From assembly GCA_026989405.1 (NCBI GenBank), contig JALSJL010000469.1, forward strand, positions 1-41,517: a stretch of 41,517 bases of DNA. The letters are read 5' to 3'. How positions within the stretch are numbered: the stretch's first letter is position 1; every line of letters starts with the position of its first letter. The notes under the pieces are model-generated. The model ran no database searches, was not told the DNA's origin, and saw only the letters and a program-made list of their open reading frames with translations. The position numbers were made by a program, and so were the translations under genes. Below are positions 1 to 10,158 of the stretch, one piece after another. This stretch comes from Marinosulfonomonas sp. Its GTDB lineage: Bacteria > Pseudomonadota > Alphaproteobacteria > Rhodobacterales > Rhodobacteraceae.

Positions 1-444
<444 letters not shown>

Positions 445-470
445 GCCCGGCGCACCTTGCATTCTCTTTG

Positions 471-505
471 ACAGCATCCCACAAGCGGGATGCTGTTTCA
501 GTTTT
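471..505 (+). terminator. rho-independent terminator after mdh
   Basis: Perfect 10-bp inverted repeat ACAGCATCCC (471-480) / GGGATGCTGT (487-496) with a 6-nt loop, followed by TTCAGTTTT. It starts 27 nt after the mdh stop. Confidence 0.75.
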
Positions 506-516
506 GCGAGGTCTGC

Positions 517-1722
517 ATGCGTATTCCATCCCTGATCATCCTGGCCACCACGGCCGCCTGGACCACCACGGCCACCGCCGGATCATCCGAAATGATCGCC
601 GAACTCGGGCTCGAGGCAACCCAGGCGCGCCTGGCCAGCCAGCCCGCCACCACGGCCAGCGACCAGTTGGCCCTTGGCGCCGTCCGTTTCCTGCGCGGCA
701 TTGAAAAAACGCTGCAGACCCGTTGGCAGCACAACGCCAGCATCGACGATTTCGGGCTGCCCGTCCTGCGGCTGCCGTTTTCACCCAATCCCGACCCGAA
801 ACCGTTCGAAGCCAGCCTGATCGCCGGCCTGTTCGAAGAACTGGACCGTGACATGCAGGCCAGCCGCGACGCGCTTTCCCTGGTCGGCGACGACATGGGC
901 GCCGCACTCGAACTGGATTTGCGCGACATCTGGTTCGATGTGAACATGAACGGCAACCGCGACGAAGGCGAAGACCTCATGGTCATCGGGGCCAACATGC
1001 TTCTGCCCGGGCGCGGTCTTGCCAATGACGCCGGCTTGCCCGTGTCGCTTGCGGTCCGCTTCGACCGGGCCGACGTCGATTGGCTCGTCGCCTATACCCG
1101 GCTCCTGTCCGGGTTTTCGGAACTTGTCCTGGCTTTCGACCCGACCGAACCGATTGAAACCGTCCTGTCGGCGCATGAAAGAATGGCCGCGATCATGGGC
1201 GACACGCAGCCCGGCAATGCCATGAACTTCCAGTTCGGCAACTGGGTCGACATTTTCGCGATGGTCTACGGCTCGCTGAACAAGACGCCGGATGTCACGC
1301 ACCTGGCCGCAGCGCGCGATCACTGGCTTGCCATGATCGATGCCAACCGCCGGTTCTGGACGCTGGTCGCCCTTGAAACCGACAATGACCGCGAATGGAT
1401 CCCGAATGACAGCCAGGACGCCGCGCTCGGGTTCGAACTGCTGCCGGGCACCGGCGCAAGCTGGCTTTCGGTTCTTGAAGACGGTGAAAAGGTGCTGAAC
1501 GGCGAACTTCTGGTCTCGTTCTGGCGAATTTCCCCGGCGGGCGGCGTCAACGTGAAACGGCTGTTCGATGACCCGCCGGCCGTCGATATTGTCGGCTGGG
1601 TCCAGGGCTGGGGGCTGGTGGACTACATGGAACGCGGCCCGACCATTTCAGCCGACAATCTGCGCCAGTTTGATGCTCTGGTCTCGGGCAATACCGGACT
1701 CATGGCTTTTCTGTTGAACTGA
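517..1722 (+). CDS. hypothetical secreted protein (about 401 aa)
   Basis: Tracked ORF 490..1722. I prefer the Met at 517 (MRIPSLIILATTAAWTTTATAGS...) because 490 lies inside the mdh terminator stem and 517 gives a classic signal peptide. Codon bias looks coding. No family recognised. Confidence 0.6.
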   Translation: MRIPSLIILATTAAWTTTATAGSSEMIAELGLEATQARLASQPATTASDQLALGAVRFLRGIEKTLQTRWQHNASIDDFGLPVLRLPFSPNPDPKPFEASLIAGLFEELDRDMQASRDALSLVGDDMGAALELDLRDIWFDVNMNGNRDEGEDLMVIGANMLLPGRGLANDAGLPVSLAVRFDRADVDWLVAYTRLLSGFSELVLAFDPTEPIETVLSAHERMAAIMGDTQPGNAMNFQFGNWVDIFAMVYGSLNKTPDVTHLAAARDHWLAMIDANRRFWTLVALETDNDREWIPNDSQDAALGFELLPGTGASWLSVLEDGEKVLNGELLVSFWRISPAGGVNVKRLFDDPPAVDIVGWVQGWGLVDYMERGPTISADNLRQFDALVSGNTGLMAFLLN

Positions 1723-1751
1723 TCGGGGCGCCAATCGCAAGTTCGGCATTA

Positions 1752-1782
1752 TGTGATCACACTATTTGAAGGTGTGATCACA
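1752..1782. promoter_or_regulatory. pair of identical 10-bp palindromic operator-like sites upstream of sucC
   Basis: TGTGATCACA at 1752-1761 and again at 1773-1782 (11-bp spacer, 21 bp centre to centre), in the 168-bp gap before the sucC start at 1891. A third perfect copy is at 12361-12370. Confidence 0.55.
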
Positions 1783-1890
1783 AATCGTCTTTTTCCGGGC
1801 CAGTTTGTCTTTCGGGCCATGAAAACCATTCCTTCATGCCTTTCGTGTGTGCAATGGGGGTTCCAGACGCACCAGCATGAAGGCGATTCC

Positions 1891-3090
1891 ATGAATATCC
1901 ATGAGTATCAGGCAAAGGCCCTGTTGCGCGACTACGGCGCACCGGTTCTGGACGGGCGCGTGGTTCTGCGCGCCGAGGAAGCCAAGACCGCAGCCGGCCA
2001 GCTTGACGGGCCGGTCTGGGTGGTCAAGGCCCAGATCCACGCAGGCGGGCGTGGCAAGGGCCACTTCAAAGAGGCCGACGCCGGCGAAAAGGGTGGCGTG
2101 CGCATTGCCCGTTCGGTCGAGGAAGCCGCCGAAGAAGCAGCCCGCATGCTGGGTCGCACGCTTGTCACCAAGCAGACCGGCCCGAAAGGCAAACAGGTCA
2201 ACCGCGTCTACATCGAAGACGGCGCCAACATCGCGCGCGAATTCTACCTGGCCCTGCTGGTCGACCGGCAGACCAGCCGGGTGTCGTTTGTGTCCTCGAC
2301 CGAGGGCGGCATGGACATCGAAGAGGTCGCCGCCGCAACCCCCGAGAAAATCCTGAGCTTCAGCGTCGATCCGGCCACGGGCTACCAGGGTTTCCACGGC
2401 CGTCGCATCGCCTTCGCGCTCGGCCTCGAGGGCCGGCAGGTCAAACAATGCGTGGCGCTGATGGGCAAACTCTACCGGCTCTTTGTCGAGAAAGACGTCG
2501 AGATGCTGGAAATCAACCCGCTGGTGCTGACCGCCGAGGGCGACCTGCTCTGCCTCGACGCCAAGATGGGCTTTGACGACAACGCCATTTACCGCCACCC
2601 CGACATCGCCGCCCTGCGCGACGAAAGCGAAGAAGACCCGAAGGAACTGGCCGCCTCGAAATTTGACCTGAACTACATCTCGCTCGATGGCGAAATCGGC
2701 TGCATGGTCAACGGCGCCGGGCTTGCGATGGCGACCATGGACATCATCAAGCTCTACGGCTCGTCGCCCGCCAACTTTCTTGACGTGGGCGGCGGCGCCA
2801 CCAAGGAAAAAGTGACGGAGGCGTTCAAGATCATCACGTCGGACCCCAACGTCAAGGGCATCCTTGTCAACATCTTCGGCGGCATCATGCGCTGTGACGT
2901 GATCGCCGAGGGCGTCGTCGCGGCCGTCAAGGAGGTTGGCCTCAAGGTGCCGCTGGTCGTGCGCCTGGAAGGCACCAACGTCGAAAAGGGCAAGGAGATC
3001 ATTCGCAACTCGGGCCTCAACGTCATCGCGGCCGACGATCTGGCAGACGCCGCCAAAAAGATTGTCCAGGCCGTAAAGGCCGGCAAATGA
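1891..3090 (+). CDS. sucC: succinate--CoA ligase (ADP-forming) beta subunit
   Basis: Tracked ORF 1753..3090 trimmed to the Met at 1891. [19 protein letters not shown] is the canonical SucC N-terminus; ATP-grasp GGRGKG loop; 399 aa. Confidence 0.95.
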   Translation: MNIHEYQAKALLRDYGAPVLDGRVVLRAEEAKTAAGQLDGPVWVVKAQIHAGGRGKGHFKEADAGEKGGVRIARSVEEAAEEAARMLGRTLVTKQTGPKGKQVNRVYIEDGANIAREFYLALLVDRQTSRVSFVSSTEGGMDIEEVAAATPEKILSFSVDPATGYQGFHGRRIAFALGLEGRQVKQCVALMGKLYRLFVEKDVEMLEINPLVLTAEGDLLCLDAKMGFDDNAIYRHPDIAALRDESEEDPKELAASKFDLNYISLDGEIGCMVNGAGLAMATMDIIKLYGSSPANFLDVGGGATKEKVTEAFKIITSDPNVKGILVNIFGGIMRCDVIAEGVVAAVKEVGLKVPLVVRLEGTNVEKGKEIIRNSGLNVIAADDLADAAKKIVQAVKAGK

Positions 3091-3124
3091 CCGGCACCGG
3101 CCAGACACACAAAAGAGGGCGCGC

Positions 3125-3658
3125 ATGTTTACACCGCTGAAACCGCTTGCCCTCGCCGCCCTCGCGCTGGTCCCGGCCGGCACCCGGGCGCAGGACATGT
3201 TCGCCAGCCCCGAGACCACGGCGATCTTTGCCGTGAACCTGTGCATGTTCCCGTCGACGCAAGACATTCCCGCGCAGTTGTCCGGGGCCAGGTCCAGGGT
3301 GGCCGCCACCGGCCTGCCGGTGCTGTCCCAGACTGACGAAGCCGGCATGTATGGCAACCCGGCCGGTGTTTTCGTGGTGGTGACCAGGACAATCGACAGC
3401 CTGACCTGCCTGGTGCAGATCAAGCCCCCGCGCGGCGATTTCACGGCCTACAAGATCGTCGAAGCCGGGTTTGATGCGCAGTTCCGCGGCGGCTTCCCGG
3501 GCTACAAGGACAGCATTGATGATGATCCCTCACCCCATGTCGAAGGCCATGACTGGATCGTGCGCACGCCCGAAAATGACTCTGTCATCATCACGATCGA
3601 CTGGGGGACAGAAGACGGGATCACCATCGCCGGAGTCCGAAAGAAAGAATATGACTAG
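3125..3658 (+). CDS. hypothetical secreted protein (177 aa) between sucC and sucD
   Basis: N-terminal signal peptide [24 protein letters not shown]; AGAGGG Shine-Dalgarno-like sequence just upstream. No family recognised. Confidence 0.55.
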   Translation: MFTPLKPLALAALALVPAGTRAQDMFASPETTAIFAVNLCMFPSTQDIPAQLSGARSRVAATGLPVLSQTDEAGMYGNPAGVFVVVTRTIDSLTCLVQIKPPRGDFTAYKIVEAGFDAQFRGGFPGYKDSIDDDPSPHVEGHDWIVRTPENDSVIITIDWGTEDGITIAGVRKKEYD

Positions 3659-3702
3659 CCCCAACCGGGCGACCCCGCCAAACAAATACGCAGGAGCCTG
3701 AC

Positions 3703-4584
3703 ATGGCCATTCTCATTGACGAAAATACCAAGGTGATCTGCCAGGGCTTCACCGGCAGCCAGGGCACGTTCCATTCGGAACAGGCCATCGAATACGGCAC
3801 CAGGATGGTTGGCGGCGTGACGCCGGGCAAGGGCGGGCAGGAGCACTTGGGCCTGCCGGTCTTCAATTCGGTCCACGAGGCCGTCGCGAAGACACGGGCC
3901 GACGCCTCGGTGATCTATGTGCCGCCGCCCTTTGCCGCCGACAGCATACTGGAAGCGATCGACGCCGAGGTGCCGCTGGTCGTGGCCATCACCGAAGGGA
4001 TTCCGGTGCTTGACATGATGCGCGTCAAACGTGCGCTGGAAGGGTCGAAGACCACGCTCATCGGCCCGAACTGCCCCGGCGTGATCACACCCGACGCCTG
4101 CAAGATCGGCATCATGCCGGGCCATATCCACAAGCGCGGCAGCGTCGGCGTGGTCAGCCGCTCGGGCACGCTGACCTACGAGGCGGTGAAACAGACCACC
4201 GATGTCGGACTGGGCCAGTCGACCTGCGTCGGCATCGGCGGCGACCCGATCAAGGGGACCGAGTTCATCGACGTGCTGGAATGGTTCCTTGGAGACGACG
4301 AAACCGAGAGCATCATCATGATCGGAGAAATCGGCGGCACCGCCGAGGAAGAGGCGGCGCAGTTTCTGATTGATGAGGCGAAGAAGGGCCGCAAGAAGCC
4401 GGTCGCGGGCTTCATTGCCGGTCTGACGGCCCCGCCGGGGCGGCGCATGGGCCATGCCGGTGCCATCGTCGCCGGCGGCAAGGGCGATGCCAAAAGCAAG
4501 ATCGAGGCGATGAAATCCGCCGGCATCGTGGTTGCCGAAAGCCCGGCAGCACTGGGGCAGGCGGTGCTAGAGGCGATCGGATAG
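3703..4584 (+). CDS. sucD: succinate--CoA ligase alpha subunit
   Basis: [33 protein letters not shown] canonical N-terminus; phosphohistidine loop MGHAGAIV; AGGAG RBS upstream; 293 aa. Confidence 0.95.
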   Translation: MAILIDENTKVICQGFTGSQGTFHSEQAIEYGTRMVGGVTPGKGGQEHLGLPVFNSVHEAVAKTRADASVIYVPPPFAADSILEAIDAEVPLVVAITEGIPVLDMMRVKRALEGSKTTLIGPNCPGVITPDACKIGIMPGHIHKRGSVGVVSRSGTLTYEAVKQTTDVGLGQSTCVGIGGDPIKGTEFIDVLEWFLGDDETESIIMIGEIGGTAEEEAAQFLIDEAKKGRKKPVAGFIAGLTAPPGRRMGHAGAIVAGGKGDAKSKIEAMKSAGIVVAESPAALGQAVLEAIG

Positions 4585-4596
4585 CGGAGGCGCAGG

Positions 4597-5379
4597 GTGC
4601 CCATCTTTCGACATGACCGCGCGTTGCACTATTTCGCGCATGTGCCCAAGGCAGGGGGCCGGTCCGTCGAGGACTACCTGCGCCGCCGCTTTGGCAGGCT
4701 TTCGATGATCGATGACGGCCACCACGACCGCAACCGCCGCAGCAACTGGCTGCGCACCACCCCGCAGCACGCAGCGGTGGCCGACATCGAAGTGCTGTTT
4801 CCCACGGAATGGTTCGCCTCGATATTTGCCGTCGTGCGCCACCCGATCGCCCGGCTGGTGTCCGCCTTCAACTTCCAATCCACGGTCTGGCGCCAGATTC
4901 CGGTCGGAATGAGCTTTGCCGAATGGTTCGACGAATACCGCGCGCTGTCGCGGGTCTACCCCTATTACTACGACAACCATCTGCGCCCGCAGGTCGATTT
5001 CGTCCCCGAAGGGGCGCGAATATTCCGCCTCGAAGACGGCATGGACGGGCTGACAGAATGGCTTGACGAGGTGACGGGTTCGACGGCACCCGACGTGAAG
5101 ATCCCCCATGTCAACGCCTCGCGCCCGGTGCAAAGCGCCTATTATGAAACCGAACAACTGCCGCGGGATGCGCTCGGTGCCATAGCCGAATTCTACGCCG
5201 CGGATTTCGAACGCTTCGGCTACGCCCCCGATCCCGGGCGCGCATTCACCCTTTACATGCCCACCGGCCGTTACCCCACCGCCGAGGAACGTCGCCGCCT
5301 GCGCGGCCGCTCGCTCTGGGGCCGGCGGTTGTGGCGCCAGCTGGTGCAGCGCACCGGCCGACCGGTATTCATGTTCTGA
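4597..5379 (+). CDS. sulfotransferase family 2 protein (PAPS-dependent type)
   Basis: 5'-PSB-like HVPKAGGRSV near the N-terminus and 3'-PB-like VVRHPIARLVSAF motif. Starts 12 nt after the sucD stop, so probably co-transcribed. Confidence 0.7.
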   Translation: MPIFRHDRALHYFAHVPKAGGRSVEDYLRRRFGRLSMIDDGHHDRNRRSNWLRTTPQHAAVADIEVLFPTEWFASIFAVVRHPIARLVSAFNFQSTVWRQIPVGMSFAEWFDEYRALSRVYPYYYDNHLRPQVDFVPEGARIFRLEDGMDGLTEWLDEVTGSTAPDVKIPHVNASRPVQSAYYETEQLPRDALGAIAEFYAADFERFGYAPDPGRAFTLYMPTGRYPTAEERRRLRGRSLWGRRLWRQLVQRTGRPVFMF

Positions 5380-5466
5380 TGGCGGGAAAGATGATGACAA
5401 ATGAGACTCACCGGGCCAGCTTCGCACCGGAAGCACCCGACGCAGCCAGCACCCGGAGGTGACACG

Positions 5467-8430
5467 ATGACCGAACACTCCTCGAATAACCAGTTTCGCG
5501 CATCATCCTTCCTGCAAGGACAGAATGCCGCGTATATCGAGCAGCTCTACGCCCGTTACGCGAGCGACCCGTCGGCGGTGGACGAAAGCTGGCGCGCATA
5601 TTTCCGCGAGCTTGGCGACAACCCGGTCGACGCCAGACGCGAGGCCGCCGGCGCTTCCTGGGCCCGCACCGACTGGCCCCCTGCCCCGGCCGATGACCTC
5701 ACGGCCGCGCTCGATGGTCAATGGCCGCCCGAGCCGCACAAGGAGACCGAAGCGGCCGAACGGAAAATTCGCGCCAAGGCCGCCGAGCAAGGGGTCGAGC
5801 TGAACGACGAAGCGGTGCGTCGCGCGGTTCTCGACAGCATCCGCGCCCTGATGCTGATCCGGGCCTACCGTATCCGGGGCCATCTGGCCGCCGATCTCGA
5901 TCCACTGGGCATGCGCAAGGCCAGCGACCACCCCGAGCTTGACCCGGCGAACTACGGCTTCACCGAGGCCGACATGGACCGGCCGATCTTCATCGACAAC
6001 GTGCTGGGGCTGGAAATTGCCACCATGCGTCAGATCGTCGAGATCGTGAAACGCACCTATTGTGGCACCTTCGCGCTGCAGTACATGCATATTTCGGACC
6101 CCGAGCAGTCGGCCTGGCTGAAAGAACGGATCGAGGGCTACGGCAAGGAAATCCAGTTTACCCGCGAGGGCCGCAAGGCCATCCTGAAGAAACTGGTGGA
6201 AGCCGAGGGGTTCGAAAAATTCCTGCATGTCAAGTATATGGGCACCAAGCGGTTCGGCCTTGACGGTGCCGAAAGCCTGATCCCGGCGATGGAGCAGATC
6301 ATCAAGCGCGGTGGCGCGCTGGGGGTGAAGGACATCATCATCGGCATGCCGCACCGCGGCCGGCTTTCGGTGCTGGCCAATGTGATGGGCAAGCCGTATC
6401 GCGCCATTTTCAATGAATTTCAGGGCGGCAGCTTCAAACCCGAAGACGTTGATGGCTCGGGCGATGTGAAATACCATCTTGGCGCGTCGTCCGATCGCGA
6501 GTTTGACGGCAACAAGGTGCACCTGTCGCTGACGGCCAATCCCAGCCACCTCGAAGCAGTCAACCCGGTCGTTCTGGGCAAGGCGCGCGCCAAGCAGGAA
6601 CAGCAGAACGACACCGACCGCCATCACGTGCTGCCCCTGTTGCTGCATGGCGATGCGGCCTTTGCCGGGCAGGGCGTGGTTGCCGAATGCTTCGGCCTGT
6701 CGGGCCTGTCGGGCCACCGCACCGGCGGCACGATGCATATCGTCGTGAACAACCAGATCGGTTTCACCACGGCGCCGCATTTTTCACGCTCGTCGCCCTA
6801 CCCCACCGACATTGCGCTGATGGTCGAAGCGCCCATCTTCCATGTCAATGGCGACGATCCCGAGGCCGTGGTGCATGCCGCCAAGGTCGCCACCGAGTTT
6901 CGCCAGAAGTTCCACAAGGACGTGGTGATCGACATTTTCTGCTACCGCCGCTTCGGCCACAACGAGGGCGACGAGCCGATGTTCACCAATCCGCTGATGT
7001 ACAAGCGGATCAAGAAACACAAGACAACCCTGCAGATCTACACCGAGCGCCTGGTCAAGGACGGCCTGATCCCGGAAGGCGAGATCGAGGACATGAAGGC
7101 CGCGTTTCAGGCCTTCCTGAACGAGGAATTCGAGGCCGGGAAGGACTACAAGCCCAACAAGGCCGACTGGCTTGACGGGCGCTGGTCGCATCTCGACAAA
7201 CATGGCGAGGAATACCAACGCGGCCAGACCGCCGTCCCGGCCGAAACGCTCGAGGAAATCGGTCGCGCGCTCACAACCCTGCCCGACGGCTTTCCCGTCC
7301 ACAAGACAGTGGCCCGGATGCTCGCGACCAAGGCCCGCATGTTCGAAACCGGCCAAGGTTTTGACTGGGCCACCGCCGAGGCCATCGCCTTCGGGTCGCT
7401 CTTGCTGGAAAATTACCCGGTTCGCCTTTCCGGCCAGGACAGCACCCGCGGCACTTTCAGTCACCGCCACTCGGCGATCATCAACCAGGACACCGAGGAA
7501 CGCTATTACCCGCTCAATCACATCCGCGACGGCCAGGCCCGCTATGAGGTGATCGACTCGATGCTCTCGGAATATGCCGTTCTCGGCTTCGAATATGGCT
7601 ACAGCCTTGCCGAGCCCAATGCGCTGGTCCTCTGGGAAGCCCAGTTCGGTGATTTCGCCAACGGCGCCCAGATCATGTTCGATCAGTTCATCAGTTCGGG
7701 CGAACGCAAGTGGCTGCGCATGTCGGGCCTGGTGTGCCTGCTGCCGCACGGCTATGAGGGACAGGGGCCGGAACACTCGTCGGCCCGCCTCGAACGGTTT
7801 CTCATGATGAGCGCCGAGGACAACTGGATCGTCGCCAACTGCACCACCCCGGCCAACTATTTTCACATCCTGCGCCGGCAGATGCACCGCAGCTATCGCA
7901 AGCCGCTGATCATGATGACCCCGAAATCGCTGCTGCGCCACAAGATGGCGGTGTCGGCGGCCGAAGACTTCGTGACCGGCTCCAGCTTTCACCGGGTGCT
8001 CTGGGATGATGCGCAAAAGGGCAATTCCGACACCGCCCTGGTGGCGGACGACAAGATCAGGCGCGTCGTCATGTGTTCGGGCAAGGTCTACTATGACCTG
8101 CTGGCCGAACGCGACAAGCGTGAACTGGATGACGTCTACATCCTGCGTGTCGAACAGTTCTATCCATTCCCGGCGCTGTCCATGGTGAAAGAACTCGACC
8201 GCTTCAAGCAGGCCGAAATGGTCTGGTGCCAGGAAGAACCCAAGAACCAGGGCGCCTGGGCCTTCATGGAGCCCAACATCGAATGGGTTCTCAGCCGGAT
8301 CGAGGCCACGCACACCCGCCCGGTATATGCCGGACGCCCCGCCGCAGCTTCGCCCGCCACCGGGCTGGGGTCGCAGCACAAAGCCCAACAAGAAGCGCTG
8401 GTCGACGCCGCGCTGACCATTGAAGGATAA
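5467..8430 (+). CDS. sucA: 2-oxoglutarate dehydrogenase E1 component
   Basis: Tracked ORF 5401..8430 trimmed to the Met at 5467 (GGAGGTGA RBS 5-12 nt upstream). MTEHSSNNQFRASSFLQGQNAAYIEQLYARYA is a typical SucA N-terminus; length about 988 aa; HGDAAFAGQG ThDP-region motif. Confidence 0.95.
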   Translation: MTEHSSNNQFRASSFLQGQNAAYIEQLYARYASDPSAVDESWRAYFRELGDNPVDARREAAGASWARTDWPPAPADDLTAALDGQWPPEPHKETEAAERKIRAKAAEQGVELNDEAVRRAVLDSIRALMLIRAYRIRGHLAADLDPLGMRKASDHPELDPANYGFTEADMDRPIFIDNVLGLEIATMRQIVEIVKRTYCGTFALQYMHISDPEQSAWLKERIEGYGKEIQFTREGRKAILKKLVEAEGFEKFLHVKYMGTKRFGLDGAESLIPAMEQIIKRGGALGVKDIIIGMPHRGRLSVLANVMGKPYRAIFNEFQGGSFKPEDVDGSGDVKYHLGASSDREFDGNKVHLSLTANPSHLEAVNPVVLGKARAKQEQQNDTDRHHVLPLLLHGDAAFAGQGVVAECFGLSGLSGHRTGGTMHIVVNNQIGFTTAPHFSRSSPYPTDIALMVEAPIFHVNGDDPEAVVHAAKVATEFRQKFHKDVVIDIFCYRRFGHNEGDEPMFTNPLMYKRIKKHKTTLQIYTERLVKDGLIPEGEIEDMKAAFQAFLNEEFEAGKDYKPNKADWLDGRWSHLDKHGEEYQRGQTAVPAETLEEIGRALTTLPDGFPVHKTVARMLATKARMFETGQGFDWATAEAIAFGSLLLENYPVRLSGQDSTRGTFSHRHSAIINQDTEERYYPLNHIRDGQARYEVIDSMLSEYAVLGFEYGYSLAEPNALVLWEAQFGDFANGAQIMFDQFISSGERKWLRMSGLVCLLPHGYEGQGPEHSSARLERFLMMSAEDNWIVANCTTPANYFHILRRQMHRSYRKPLIMMTPKSLLRHKMAVSAAEDFVTGSSFHRVLWDDAQKGNSDTALVADDKIRRVVMCSGKVYYDLLAERDKRELDDVYILRVEQFYPFPALSMVKELDRFKQAEMVWCQEEPKNQGAWAFMEPNIEWVLSRIEATHTRPVYAGRPAAASPATGLGSQHKAQQEALVDAALTIEG

Positions 8431-8436
8431 GCCGCC

Positions 8437-9654
8437 ATGCCAACTGAAGTCCGCGTGCCCACCCTGGGCGAAAGCGTTACCGAGGCCACCGTCGCCACCT
8501 GGTTCAAAAAACCGGGCGACGCAGTGGCCGTGGATGAAATGCTGTGTGAGCTGGAAACAGACAAGGTCACCGTCGAGGTGCCGTCACCGGTGGCCGGCAA
8601 GCTCAGCGAAATCGTGGCGCCCGAAGGCGAAACCGTCGGCGTCGACGCGCTGCTGGCCGTGATCGAAGAGGGCGAAGGCGCAGCGGCGGCCCCGGCGGCA
8701 GAAAAGCCGGCGCAGGCCCCCGTGCCCGACCAGCGGGAACCGGCGGCCCGCGATATCGAACATGCCCCGGCTGCGAAAAAGGCGATGGCCGAAGCGGGCC
8801 TCACACCCGATCAGGTGCAGGGCACGGGCAAGGATGGCCGCATCATGAAGGAAGACGTGGCCCGCGCGACGCAAGGCCCCTCTCACAGCCCGGCCCCGGC
8901 CCCGGCCGCCGCGCCGGCTGCCGGCGTGGCTGCTCCGGTGGCTGCAGACGATGCCGGGCGCGAAGAGCGGGTCAAGATGACCCGCCTGCGCCAGACAATC
9001 GCCCGCCGCCTGAAAGAAGCTCAGAACACCGCCGCGATCCTGACCACCTACAACGAAGTCGACATGTCGGCGATCATGGACCTGCGCAACACCTACAAGG
9101 AACAGTTTCTCAAGAAGCACGGCGTCAAGCTCGGCTTCATGTCCTTTTTCACCAAGGCCTGCGTGCATGCGCTTCAGGAAGTGCCCGAGGTCAATGCCGA
9201 AATTGACGGCAATGATGTGGTCTACAAGAAATACGTCCATATGGGCATTGCGGTCGGCACCCCCAACGGGCTGGTTGTGCCGGTCATCCGCAACGCCGAT
9301 GCCATGTCATTTGCCGAAATCGAAAAGGCGATCAATGAAAAGGGCCGGCGCGCCCGGGACGGCAAGCTGTCGATGGAAGAGATGATGGGCGGCACCTTCA
9401 CCATTTCCAACGGCGGGGTCTACGGCTCGCTGATGTCGTCGCCCATCCTGAACCCGCCGCAGTCGGGCATTCTGGGCATGCACAAGATCCAGGACCGCCC
9501 GGTCGCCGTGAACGGCGAAGTGGTGATCCGCCCGATGATGTATCTTGCGCTCAGCTACGACCACCGTATCGTTGACGGCAAGGGCGCCGTGACCTTCCTT
9601 GTGCGCGTCAAGGAGGCGCTGGAAGACCCCCGGCGCCTGCTGATGGACCTTTGA
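8437..9654 (+). CDS. sucB: dihydrolipoyllysine-residue succinyltransferase (OGDH E2)
   Basis: Lipoyl domain with ELETDKV lipoyl-lysine motif, Ala/Pro-rich linkers, E3-binding segment, and C-terminal catalytic DHRIVDG. Confidence 0.95.
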   Translation: MPTEVRVPTLGESVTEATVATWFKKPGDAVAVDEMLCELETDKVTVEVPSPVAGKLSEIVAPEGETVGVDALLAVIEEGEGAAAAPAAEKPAQAPVPDQREPAARDIEHAPAAKKAMAEAGLTPDQVQGTGKDGRIMKEDVARATQGPSHSPAPAPAAAPAAGVAAPVAADDAGREERVKMTRLRQTIARRLKEAQNTAAILTTYNEVDMSAIMDLRNTYKEQFLKKHGVKLGFMSFFTKACVHALQEVPEVNAEIDGNDVVYKKYVHMGIAVGTPNGLVVPVIRNADAMSFAEIEKAINEKGRRARDGKLSMEEMMGGTFTISNGGVYGSLMSSPILNPPQSGILGMHKIQDRPVAVNGEVVIRPMMYLALSYDHRIVDGKGAVTFLVRVKEALEDPRRLLMDL

Positions 9655-9675
9655 ACACGCCAGAAAGGATACGCC

Positions 9676-10065
9676 ATGTTTTTCGATGAGCTTTCTCTTC
9701 TTGCCCTCTATGGCCTTGTCGTGGCCTTCACGATCCTGCTGCAGACCACCGGCGTCGTGGGCCAGTTGGGCATGGGATACCTGTTGTCGGCGCGCGATGA
9801 GCCGCGCACTCTCACCGGCATCACCGCGCGCCTTGAACGGGCGCTGTCAAACTCGATCGTGGCCATGGCCCTGTTCGCCCCGGCGGTGCTGATCCTTGCC
9901 GCGGGTGACAAGTTCACGCCGTCCACCCTGCAAGCGGCCCAAGTGTTCGTGGTTGCCCGGCTGATCTACATCCCGGCCTACGCTTTCGCCATCACCGGGT
10001 TGCGCACCCTGGCCTGGCTGGTCGGCTTCGCGGCCACCATCACGCTCTACTTCCTGGGCCTGTGA
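9676..10065 (+). CDS. MAPEG family membrane protein
   Basis: 129 aa with about four hydrophobic helices. Its size and position between sucB and lpdA match the MAPEG gene commonly found there in alphaproteobacteria. Confidence 0.65.
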   Translation: MFFDELSLLALYGLVVAFTILLQTTGVVGQLGMGYLLSARDEPRTLTGITARLERALSNSIVAMALFAPAVLILAAGDKFTPSTLQAAQVFVVARLIYIPAYAFAITGLRTLAWLVGFAATITLYFLGL

Positions 10066-10094
10066 TGGCGACGGCAAGACGACATACGACTTGC

Positions 10095-10133
10095 CATATG
10101 CAGTTCACATGGGACTCATATGGAATGCACATG
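10095..10133. repeat. tandem 17-bp CATATG-N5-CACATG units upstream of lpdA
   Basis: CATATGcagttCACATG (10095-10111) and CATATGgaatgCACATG (10117-10133): 14/17 identical, 22-bp period, ending 25 nt before the lpdA ATG. Confidence 0.45.
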
Positions 10134-10158
10134 CCCATTTTCACCTTTGGAGAGCCCC

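Noticed and set aside
490-516. Upstream Met at 490 (and ORF 468..704) as the start of the first hypothetical gene
   Set aside because: Position 490 lies inside the 3' arm of the mdh terminator hairpin. The Met at 517 yields a proper signal peptide.
1752-1782. Reading the TGTGA/TCACA half-sites as CRP/Fnr-family sites
   Set aside because: CRP-type sites need TGTGA-N6-TCACA. Here the half-sites abut (N0), and no pair has the required 6-bp spacing.
1834-3444. 536-aa minus-strand ORF antisense to sucC
   Set aside because: It fully overlaps the unmistakable sucC gene. Its R/A/G/D/L-rich low-complexity translation is a high-GC shadow ORF. The same reasoning rejects 498..1025, 3655..4455, 4567..5478, 5503..6780, 6784..8391, 8160..8804, 8584..9240 and 10630..11673.
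4080-4089. Near-copy CGTGATCACA of the palindrome inside sucD
   Set aside because: It is a 9/10 match lying within coding sequence (…GVITP…), most simply explained by codon constraints. It is not counted as an operator.
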